Below, piece by piece: positions 1-7,280 of a stretch of DNA of 64,000 bases. This DNA is from a virus: positions 1-64,000 of IMG/VR virus record IMGVR_UViG_3300046779_001735. One strand, given 5' to 3'. Every line of letters begins with the position of its first letter. The first letter of the stretch is position 1. A program made the position numbers and the translations under genes. The notes beneath the pieces were generated by a model, which ran no database searches, was not told the origin of the DNA, and saw only the letters and a list, made by a program, of their open reading frames with translations.

Positions 1-660
1 GAAGAAGAAGAAGAAAATCTTGAAGAAATGATGGGCGGAGACTCCGCAGATGACCTGATTGACGACGTAGATGTCGAAGAAGAAGGTATATCTATGGAAG
101 CTGACGATGAAGAAGGCATGGATGACATGGGCGGTGACGAAGCCGGTGGCGATGACATCGAAGGCAAACTCATGAACATTGAAGACAAGCTGGATGAACT
201 CATGGCAGAATTTGAAGCTCTTATGGGCGACGATGACATGGGTGATGACATGGGCGGTGAAGAAGAGCTTGACATTGACATCGGCGGCGACGAAGATGGC
301 ATGGATATGGACGGCGAAATGGATCTGGACATGGATGCAGGCGACGAAGAGCCAATGCCAATGGGCGAAGCTATCAGCCTGAAAGCAGCTCCAAAGCCAA
401 CTACCAGTGAAGAAGGCGGTATCAACAAGAAGTCAATCGTGGCTGCAAACAGCGGCGCACGTGGTATGGAAGGCAAGCCTGTTCACACTGGTACAAGCCA
501 AGGTGGCAAGCATGATGCAGCAGGTGCATACAGCAACAACGTAAAAGATCTGATCAGTGATGTTCAGAACACACCAGCCAAGGCCAAGGTCACTCAAAAG
601 CCTGCACCTAAGCCACATCTAGCACAGGCAACTGGTGTTAACACCAAGAGCCCACTATAA
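1..660 (+). CDS. Acidic prohead core protein (gp67/68-like position); 5' end probably outside the window
   Basis: Frame is open from base 1. D/E/M-rich N-terminal half, basic C-terminal half. Lies directly upstream of the prohead protease. Confidence 0.6.
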   Translation, partial: EEEEENLEEMMGGDSADDLIDDVDVEEEGISMEADDEEGMDDMGGDEAGGDDIEGKLMNIEDKLDELMAEFEALMGDDDMGDDMGGEEELDIDIGGDEDGMDMDGEMDLDMDAGDEEPMPMGEAISLKAAPKPTTSEEGGINKKSIVAANSGARGMEGKPVHTGTSQGGKHDAAGAYSNNVKDLISDVQNTPAKAKVTQKPAPKPHLAQATGVNTKSPL

Positions 661-669
661 GGATTGGCC

Positions 670-1308
670 GTGAATCGCTGTTTACGTGAAACCCTGACAT
701 TTAATCAAGCCCGTGTGGAGCTCTTGCAAGAAGAAGCTCCAGACGGCAGCGGTAAAAAACTCTATATGCAAGGGATTTTTATCCAGGGTGACAAACGCAA
801 TGCCAACGAGCGTGTGTATCCAATCCGTGAAATTAATCGCGCTGTAAACACGATTAATGAACAGATAAGCAGTGGTATGAGCGTGCTTGGCGAAGTTGAC
901 CATCCAGATGATCTCAAGATCAATCTTGATCGTGTGAGTCACATGATTGAGAAAATGTGGATGGACGACAGCGATGGCATTGGTAAATTAAAGATATTAC
1001 CCACTCCCATGGGACAACTGGTGAAAACCATGTTGGACTCTGGGGTAAAATTAGGCGTCAGCAGCCGCGGCAGCGGCAATGTTGACGATAGAACCGGACA
1101 TGTCAGTGACTTTGAAATAGTCACTGTTGATGTGGTTGCCCAACCCAGCGCACCTAATGCCTATCCAACCGCAGTTTACGAGGGGCTGATGAACATGAAA
1201 TATGGTCATCGTGCTCTTGAGATAGCCAAAGAAGTTGGTACGGACAACAAAGTACAGAGATACTTGAAAGAGGAAGTCAAACGCCTCATCAAGGATCTCA
1301 AGATCTAA
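670..1308 (+). CDS. gp21: Prohead protease (T4 gp21-like)
   Basis: GIFIQGDKRNANERVYP, LGEVDHP, VSH, ILPTPMG, LGVSSRGSG, DVVAQPSAP motifs. AAGGA at 659-663 precedes GTG 670 (the ORF track starts at TTG 664). Confidence 0.95.
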   Translation: MNRCLRETLTFNQARVELLQEEAPDGSGKKLYMQGIFIQGDKRNANERVYPIREINRAVNTINEQISSGMSVLGEVDHPDDLKINLDRVSHMIEKMWMDDSDGIGKLKILPTPMGQLVKTMLDSGVKLGVSSRGSGNVDDRTGHVSDFEIVTVDVVAQPSAPNAYPTAVYEGLMNMKYGHRALEIAKEVGTDNKVQRYLKEEVKRLIKDLKI

Positions 1309-1321
1309 GGAGAATCTAATA

Positions 1322-2410
1322 ATGTTAGATGCCATCAAACCATTACTAGATAGCGGCCTGATCAATGAAGATGTCAGCAAAGAACTCAACGAAGCTTGGG
1401 AATCAAAGCTGTCAGAAGCCAAAGAACAGGTACGTGCAGAACTTCGCGAGGAGTTTGCACAACGCTATGAACACGACAAGAGCGTGATGGTTGAAGCCCT
1501 GGATCGCATGGTAACCGAAGGTCTAAACGCAGAGATCGAAGGCGTTGCAGCTGAAAAGCGTCAACTAGCTGAAGATCGTGTGAAGTTCCAAACCAAGATG
1601 AAAGAAAATGCCACTAAGTTTAACGACTTCATGGTAACCAAATTGGCAGAAGAAATCGCAGAAGTGCGTAGAGATCGCAAGGCTCACAACACAGGACTAG
1701 AAAAATTAGAAACCTTTGTGGTGCGTGCTCTTGCAGAAGAAATCATGGAATTCGCGCAAGACAAACAAAAGGTTGTTGAAACCCAAGTACGTTTAGTACG
1801 CGATGCCCGTGTAAAACTTGAATCATTGAAAGCACGTTTTGTAAAAGAAAGTGCTGCTAAGATGGGTCAAGCGGTATCCAAGCATCTCAAGGCTGAACTC
1901 AACCAGCTACGTGAAGATATCCAAGTTGCACGAGAAAACAACTTTGGCCGTCGCATCTTTGAAGCCTATGCGGCTGAATTTGGTGCTACACATCTCAACG
2001 AAAATGCAGAAGTGCGCAAGCTCAATGTATTGATCGCTGATAAAAATGCCAAGCTGAGCAAGGCTGTACAAGTTGCAGAGCAAGCTCGTGTGGTTGTGGA
2101 AAGCAAAGAACGTGAAATTCGTATGATTCGTGAAAACAACGAACGTGCCAACACCATGGCAGACCTGTTGGCTCCTCTAAACAAAGAGAAGCAAGAGATC
2201 ATGCGTAATTTACTTGAAAGCGTACAAACAGCTCGTCTGAAGAACGCTTTTGAAAAGTATCTACCAGCGGTGCTCGAGAACCGATCTGTGAAAGCTCAGA
2301 AAGTGATCACAGAGTCGATTAGCGAAGTGACTGGGGATAAAACTACCTCGCCTCAACAAGATGAAGATCGCAGCAATGTGATTGACATCAAGAGATTGGC
2401 AGGATTATAA
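1322..2410 (+). CDS. gp22: Prohead scaffold protein (gp22-like)
   Basis: E/K/A-rich coiled-coil protein between protease and capsid genes; AAGGAG Shine-Dalgarno. Confidence 0.85.
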   Translation: MLDAIKPLLDSGLINEDVSKELNEAWESKLSEAKEQVRAELREEFAQRYEHDKSVMVEALDRMVTEGLNAEIEGVAAEKRQLAEDRVKFQTKMKENATKFNDFMVTKLAEEIAEVRRDRKAHNTGLEKLETFVVRALAEEIMEFAQDKQKVVETQVRLVRDARVKLESLKARFVKESAAKMGQAVSKHLKAELNQLREDIQVARENNFGRRIFEAYAAEFGATHLNENAEVRKLNVLIADKNAKLSKAVQVAEQARVVVESKEREIRMIRENNERANTMADLLAPLNKEKQEIMRNLLESVQTARLKNAFEKYLPAVLENRSVKAQKVITESISEVTGDKTTSPQQDEDRSNVIDIKRLAGL

Positions 2411-2426
2411 GCAAAAGGAGACTATT

Positions 2427-3638
2427 ATGTCAGAGCAATTACTCGAAAACCGCTGGGACGAGACCAAAGAAGCCCTAATGGAAGGCCTTAAAGGTTCACG
2501 TCGCAGCACCATGGGTGTTATCCTTGAGAACACTCGCAAGTATCTGAAAGAGAATGCAACTGCTGGCAGCACTGCTGCTGGTAATGTCGCTACTCTTAAC
2601 CGTGTCATTCTTCCAGTGATTCGTCGTGTGATGCCAACTGTGATCGCTAACGAACTGGTAGGCGTTCAGCCAATGACCGGTCCAGTGGGCCAAATCCACA
2701 CTCTGCGTGTACGCTATGCAAGCACAATGAATGACACTTCAGCTGCTGCTACTTCAACCATTGCTGGTGAAGAAGCACTGAGTCCATTCAAGATTGCAAC
2801 AGCTTACTCGTCAGCAAGCACAGTAAGTGCCGGCGTTCCTGGTGCAAGCCAGACTCGCTACACTGGTGCTGACACTTCAATTCTTGAAGGTTCTGGTGGT
2901 CGTAACATCAGCGTTCAGATCCTGAAACAAGCTGTTGAAGCCAAGACCCGCAAGTTACAAGCTCGCTGGACTTTTGAAGCAGCTCAAGACGCACAAGCAA
3001 TGCATGGCATTGACGTAGAAGCAGAAATCATGGCAGCTTTGGCTCAAGAAATCACAGCTGAAATTGATCAAGAAATCCTGTTGAGCCTGCGTACTTTGGC
3101 AGCAACTGAGTTCACATACAACCAAGCTACTGTATCTGGTACAGCTACATTTGTTGGTGACGAACACGCCGCTTTGGCAGTTCTGATCAATCGTGTTGCT
3201 AACCTGATCGCTCAGCGTACACGTCGTGGCGCTGGTAACTGGGCAGTTGTGTCACCTGCATCGTTGACTGTGCTGCAAAGCGCAACAACTTCAGCATTTG
3301 CACGTACAACTGAAGGCACATTTGAAGCACCTACAAACACTAAGTTTGTTGGTACATTAAACGGCGCAATGCGTGTGTTTGTTGACAGCTATGCCAGCGA
3401 CGCACAAGCAGTTCTAGTTGGTTACAAGGGTTCAAGCGAGGCTGATGCAGCCGCGTTCTACTGCCCTTATATTCCATTGATGAGCTCTGGCGTTGTTCTG
3501 GATCCAACTACTTTTGAACCAGTAGTTAGCTTCATGACTCGTTATGGTTACATCGAACTTACCAACACAGCAAGCAGCTTCGGTAACGCAGCTGACTATC
3601 TGGGTGAGATCGCTGTTTCGAACTTGTCGTTCAGCTAA
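2427..3638 (+). CDS. gp23: Major capsid protein (gp23-like)
   Basis: VIRRVMP, GVQPMTGPVGQI, EAKTRKLQARWTFEAAQD, AFYCPYIPL, FMTRYG motifs; AAGGAG before ATG 2427. Confidence 0.97.
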   Translation: MSEQLLENRWDETKEALMEGLKGSRRSTMGVILENTRKYLKENATAGSTAAGNVATLNRVILPVIRRVMPTVIANELVGVQPMTGPVGQIHTLRVRYASTMNDTSAAATSTIAGEEALSPFKIATAYSSASTVSAGVPGASQTRYTGADTSILEGSGGRNISVQILKQAVEAKTRKLQARWTFEAAQDAQAMHGIDVEAEIMAALAQEITAEIDQEILLSLRTLAATEFTYNQATVSGTATFVGDEHAALAVLINRVANLIAQRTRRGAGNWAVVSPASLTVLQSATTSAFARTTEGTFEAPTNTKFVGTLNGAMRVFVDSYASDAQAVLVGYKGSSEADAAAFYCPYIPLMSSGVVLDPTTFEPVVSFMTRYGYIELTNTASSFGNAADYLGEIAVSNLSFS

Positions 3639-3666
3639 TCAAAAACTCTCAGGGATGGGAAAAACT

Positions 3667-3690
3667 ACCCCGCTTCGGCGGGGTTTTTCT
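3667..3690 (+). terminator. Rho-independent terminator with UUCG tetraloop
   Basis: ACCCCGC-TTCG-GCGGGGT followed by a T run, directly after the capsid gene. Confidence 0.9.
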
Positions 3691-3696
3691 TTGGTG

Positions 3697-3702
3697 TAAA
3701 TA
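3697..3702 (+). promoter_or_regulatory. T4-type late promoter core TAAATA (representative copy of a recurring motif)
   Basis: The same motif precedes genes at 5805, 7258, 14321, 26372, 29657, 35217, 37644, 40970, 43617, 44095, 52757, 54331, 55756, 60848 (+) and 33979-33984, 37585-37590 (-). T4 late consensus is TATAAATA. Confidence 0.8.
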
Positions 3703-3706
3703 TGCA

Positions 3707-4843
3707 ATGTTTTTGACCTTGCGACACAGACCGGATCTTAGATTGGTGCCAAGTTCGGTGGGCGCGATATCTGAATTTTTTCCAGACACCAAACTGTTGA
3801 TTTTGACTCTGCAGGACCTTAATGGAGTGAGTCGCATCACTTGGTTTGATCTGTACAATCGCATCATTAAGTGTGTACACGAGCACAAGATAGAGTTAAT
3901 TGTGATAGATCGCACTGGCGAGCCCAAGATCTTGGACGAACCTGAACACTATGGACCCAATGACATCACCATAGCAGATTCACTTAGATCTGTGTGCGCC
4001 ACGGTAATTGTAACCGATGACTATACCTATTACAATCAGTGTCATGAGCACGTGGTCTGCTTTCCCTATAATATTTGGCTACTAGCATCACGCAGTGTGG
4101 ACCGGTACGAAAACTTTCACGGGAATGGGTACGACACAGGTCTGCCAAAAATTCGTTCCTTAATGTGTTTGAATAGAAAGTTGCATTGGCACAGGATTTT
4201 TCTATACCTGGAACTTCGCAAACGTGACTGGTTACATCGAGTGGATTTCAGTTTTATACTTGGCAATGATCGAATGGACACAGATTTCCTTCTGCGCGAT
4301 CTAACTCACCAAGAAATTGACCAAATGCATCTAGCCAGCAATGAACTGCCAATTGTGTTGTCCGAAGAACAGGTTAGTGACACCGGCAACTTTACATCCA
4401 ACGGCAGTACACAGCATTGGACTAGTGTGAATCTTCCGGTTTACAATCGCACAGCCATGAATCTAGTTACTGAAACCAGTTTGAATCACGGAATTTTGCT
4501 CACAGAAAAAGCAGTGAAGCCTATCATGGCCTATCAAATTCCTGTGATACTAGCAGCACCCGGAGCCAATGCATGGCTACAGAGTCTTGGTTTTGACCTA
4601 TTTGCAGACTTTGTGCCCTGGGCACATTGGGACAGCGCAAAAGATCAACGACAAAAAATTCTCAGTATGGTGAACTGGCTAGACACTGTGATGCAGGATC
4701 CAGAACAAATAGTTTCATATCACAGACAGAGTCATCACAGACTACGGGCAAACAAGCAACTATTTCACAGCGCAGAGTTTGTCAGACAACTTGAACAGCC
4801 TATTAGAGCCTATGCTCAGTCCATTTCGTCCACTTCTACATAG
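3707..4843 (+). CDS. Hypothetical protein, possibly glycosyltransferase-like
   Basis: CLNRK..WHR, NLVTET..LTEKAVKP and LGFDLF motifs resemble GT-B/GT10-like phage proteins. Ends in TAG. Confidence 0.55.
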   Translation: MFLTLRHRPDLRLVPSSVGAISEFFPDTKLLILTLQDLNGVSRITWFDLYNRIIKCVHEHKIELIVIDRTGEPKILDEPEHYGPNDITIADSLRSVCATVIVTDDYTYYNQCHEHVVCFPYNIWLLASRSVDRYENFHGNGYDTGLPKIRSLMCLNRKLHWHRIFLYLELRKRDWLHRVDFSFILGNDRMDTDFLLRDLTHQEIDQMHLASNELPIVLSEEQVSDTGNFTSNGSTQHWTSVNLPVYNRTAMNLVTETSLNHGILLTEKAVKPIMAYQIPVILAAPGANAWLQSLGFDLFADFVPWAHWDSAKDQRQKILSMVNWLDTVMQDPEQIVSYHRQSHHRLRANKQLFHSAEFVRQLEQPIRAYAQSISSTST

Positions 4844-5382
4844 TCATCCTCGTCAATATAGGTACCCGGGGCATCATAAGACTTGTAGTAGGCTTCGTTT
4901 GGTTTCATAATCCTAAAAGCATTTTCGTATTTCAAAGCAGCAAAGGTTGCTTCATCTTTTTTAAGCAGATCGCACACTACAAAGCTGGTGCCACAGTCGC
5001 CTCTTACGTTTTTAAAAGGTGAATGTTTGAACTCGTTTTTGCAAAGAGCGTCATGAAACTTGCTTCCATAATTGAAAATTATCCTGGTAATACCCAGCTT
5101 TTGATTACGCAGTCTAATCTTGTCCACAACAGATAAGTTTGAGATTTCAGCTTCGTTCACATCGTTGATGGTCAACAAACATTCTCGGAACTTGATGCTG
5201 CCTTTGGTATGGGAGTTGTCTGGAGTTTCTTTGGTACTCCATGGGATACTAGCAGTGACGTGGTCTACGTAAAAAGTTTCACCGTGTGTTTTTACGACCC
5301 ACATTGGGATGGTTTCGTCTTCTAGGTGTTTCTTGTTAAAATGAAACACTAGGTCTTTACATGCGTATTCAATCTATGACAT
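4816..5382 (-). CDS. Hypothetical protein with an in-frame TAG at codon 3 (MS*IEYACKDLVFHFNKK..., 188 codons); candidate amber read-through gene
   Basis: Minus strand reads AAGGA-AAATAAA-ATG TCA TAG ATT GAA TAC GCA TGT AAA GAC CTA GTG, in frame with the 177-aa ORF 4816-5349. Confidence 0.75.
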
Positions 5383-5383
5383 T

Positions 5384-5560
5384 TTATTTTCCTTTAAATT
5401 TACTACATATCAGTTCAAAATCTCTTTGACGCCCTTGAACTTGTCCGTAACTTGCAGTTGGATAACGTTCTCTATACTCTGTTTTTTGTTGTTCTAAACA
5501 GTCTTCATATGGGCGCGAACACCCTGCTACTAGAGTCAAACACATTAAGACGTACCGCAT
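5384..5560 (-). CDS. Small predicted lipoprotein, 58 aa (MRYVLMCLTLVAGCSRPYEDCLEQQKTEYRERYPTASYGQVQGRQRDFELICSKFKGK)
   Basis: AGGA before the ATG; basic residue, hydrophobic stretch and lipobox VAG-C. Stop is 1 nt before the next ATG. Too short for the ORF track. Confidence 0.7.
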   Translation of the reverse strand: MRYVLMCLTLVAGCSRPYEDCLEQQKTEYRERYPTASYGQVQGRQRDFELICSKFKGK

Positions 5561-5575
5561 TGCAGTTTCCTAAAG

Positions 5576-5672
5576 TGACGGTTTTTTTGTGTCAGGAAAC
5601 CGTCAAACCCCGTGAGCGCAGCCCATCCCGTTTTCGCGTCAGCGGAGCCGGAATATGGATACGGGTCCGGCT
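5576..5672 (-). ncRNA. Structured RNA: three helices plus two potential loop-loop pseudoknots, directly 3' of the tRNA
   Basis: P1 AGCCGGA/TCCGGCT; P2 CCG(C)TGACGC/GCG(C)TCACGG; P3 TGACGGTTT/AAACCGTCA. The P2 loop segment CGGGATGGG is complementary to the P3 loop (TCCTG) and the P1 loop (TCCAT). Confidence 0.65.
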
Positions 5673-5678
5673 TAAAAC

Positions 5679-5751
5679 TGGTGCACTAGATGGGAATCGA
5701 ACCCACTACTTAGAGTTTTAGAGGCTCCGGGCCGACCGTCGGCACTAGTGC
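5679..5751 (-). tRNA. Amber suppressor tRNA (anticodon CUA), 73 nt, encoded CCA, short D-arm
   Basis: GCACTAG-T-GCCG ACGGT CGGC-CC-GGAGC CTCTAAA ACTCT-AAGTA-GTGGG TTCGATT CCCAT-CTAGTGC-A-CCA. 7-bp acceptor stem, canonical T-loop, anticodon loop CU-CUA-AA. Confidence 0.88.
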
Positions 5752-5758
5752 ATACGTA

Positions 5759-5787
5759 ATTATGCCAGAAATCTAAACACAGTTCAA
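5759..5787 (-). promoter_or_regulatory. Sigma70-like promoter for the tRNA operon
   Basis: Minus strand TTGAAC-17 nt-CATAAT, ending 7 nt before tRNA G1. Confidence 0.6.
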
Positions 5788-5815
5788 ATAATTTGGAAAA
5801 CCACTAAATACTATT

Positions 5816-5866
5816 AACGCATCCTGCGTTTTATGCGGATACCACCGCGTAGTGGCTGAAACCCAC
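5816..5866 (+). promoter_or_regulatory. Structured 5' leader with three tandem hairpins after a late promoter
   Basis: AACGCA/TGCGTT, TATGCGG/CCGCGTA and GTGG/CCAC lie between TAAATA (5805) and the AAGGAG Shine-Dalgarno. Confidence 0.5.
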
Positions 5867-5892
5867 ATCGGACTTCTTTAAGGAGAAAACAA

Positions 5893-6639
5893 ATGGGACG
5901 TCCTCTCAAAATTCAAAAATATTCAACAAATTCTGGTGTTGGTTCACCAGGTGCAGCAGTAGGCATTGACATTGGTTTTCCTAACTTTGGATCGTTAACT
6001 GATCCAGTATACAACACTAATCCTGAAACTCTAAGTGCAGCAGATTACCTTGGCGTTGTGGGTGGTCTTCGCACCACAGCAACATCAGCTACGAATCCCG
6101 TGATCAAGTGTATCGTAAACATTGCAAACAGTTACACAGGGGTAGACGATGGTGTAATTCTGCGTCAAAAAGGGTCACACAAATTTCTAGTGGCTACAAA
6201 CACAGCTATTGATCCTGCCAATGCATTGACCGGTGTGAGTGTGCGTATTGCTACTCTAGGCGACACAAACTGGAATGCCATGGGCGCACCAGTGGGTGCA
6301 GCAGTGGGAACTATCTTTTTGGTAACAGCAGCCGCAGGTGCCGGAACCACAGGTACTTGTCAGGAAGTTGGAGTTTGTGTGCTAGATAATGATGCAACCC
6401 CAGCCGCTGGTCTTATGGCCATTGGATTCTCAGTAGGCGATTCAACTATCACTTACATCAGCAAATTAACCAACAAGTGGTTACTTGACTGGACTGGTGG
6501 CAACGGATACACACAATCTGACATTACCGGTGATGTTCGTTACGTGTCCAACTTCTTCACTGATGAAGGAACTGTTATCAAGTCTGGTACTGCTGATACT
6601 ACAGTTATCCCAGGTCAACTTGAAAAATGGACTAGTTAA
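5893..6639 (+). CDS. Hypothetical late (probably virion) protein
   Basis: Late promoter and strong Shine-Dalgarno; G/A/T-rich; MGRPLK start and RQKGSHKFLV motif. Confidence 0.7.
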   Translation: MGRPLKIQKYSTNSGVGSPGAAVGIDIGFPNFGSLTDPVYNTNPETLSAADYLGVVGGLRTTATSATNPVIKCIVNIANSYTGVDDGVILRQKGSHKFLVATNTAIDPANALTGVSVRIATLGDTNWNAMGAPVGAAVGTIFLVTAAAGAGTTGTCQEVGVCVLDNDATPAAGLMAIGFSVGDSTITYISKLTNKWLLDWTGGNGYTQSDITGDVRYVSNFFTDEGTVIKSGTADTTVIPGQLEKWTS

Positions 6640-6658
6640 TCTTTTTAAACTAACCCGC

Positions 6659-6692
6659 ATCCTCTCAGAGCTACATACTGGGAGGATTTTTT
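6659..6692 (+). terminator. Terminator-like hairpin whose 3' arm contains the Shine-Dalgarno of the next gene
   Basis: ATCCTCTCAG/CTGGGAGGAT followed by a T run; loop contains TACATA. Confidence 0.7.
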
Positions 6693-7280
6693 ATGACTAC
6701 AGCATTTGCATTAGCCAACGGAGTAAGCCGACAGGGACTGGATTTGCCCTGGATACATCATTATGGACCTATCTACGGTTGCAATGCTCTTTACAAAGAT
6801 TTTGAACCTGACGTTCTAGTGGCCACTGATGCGCCAATCAGCGGACGCATACAGGATTCTGGATATAGTCAACGTAGGATATTCTATACTCGCAGATGCT
6901 TGCCCAATTCTGGTGCTAGACAAATACCTAAAAAGTACTATGGAAATAGTTCAGGCCCAGTGGCTGCTGCCCTAGCTGCTATTGATGGGCATAGTCATGT
7001 GTATCTACTGGGTTATGATCTTGGGCCAGGGGCTGATGGTAAATTTAATAATGTGTATGCTGGTACAGAATTCTACAAAGCGCAGGGCACTCCGCCCACT
7101 TTCACAGGTAATTGGATCAAGCAGATTAGCACTGTAATACAGGATTTTCCTAAGGTGCGCTGGACTCGTGTTTACGGCGCAACTACTATGAAGCACGCGG
7201 AACTTGACAAACTAAGCAATCTAGAACATGTGGAAATGGCACTGTTTCTAGCACGTATAAATACACAAAAGGAAGCTTAG
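6693..7280 (+). CDS. MptE/DUF115-like nucleotide-binding protein
   Basis: ANGVSR, YGCNALY, PDVLVATD, SSGPVA, VYLLGYD motifs. Ends in TAG directly abutting the next ATG. Confidence 0.65.
   Translation: MTTAFALANGVSRQGLDLPWIHHYGPIYGCNALYKDFEPDVLVATDAPISGRIQDSGYSQRRIFYTRRCLPNSGARQIPKKYYGNSSGPVAAALAAIDGHSHVYLLGYDLGPGADGKFNNVYAGTEFYKAQGTPPTFTGNWIKQISTVIQDFPKVRWTRVYGATTMKHAELDKLSNLEHVEMALFLARINTQKEA

Noticed and set aside
5452-5721. 89-aa plus-strand ORF in the ORF track
   Set aside because: Antisense to the tRNA, structured RNA and lipoprotein; TTG start with no Shine-Dalgarno.
5679-5751. Reading the tRNA as Arg(UCU), Leu(UAA) or true tRNA-Pyl
   Set aside because: Shifted registers break the anticodon stem and lose U33. 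The T-loop, A73 and variable loop differ from Pyl, and no pyl genes are in the window.
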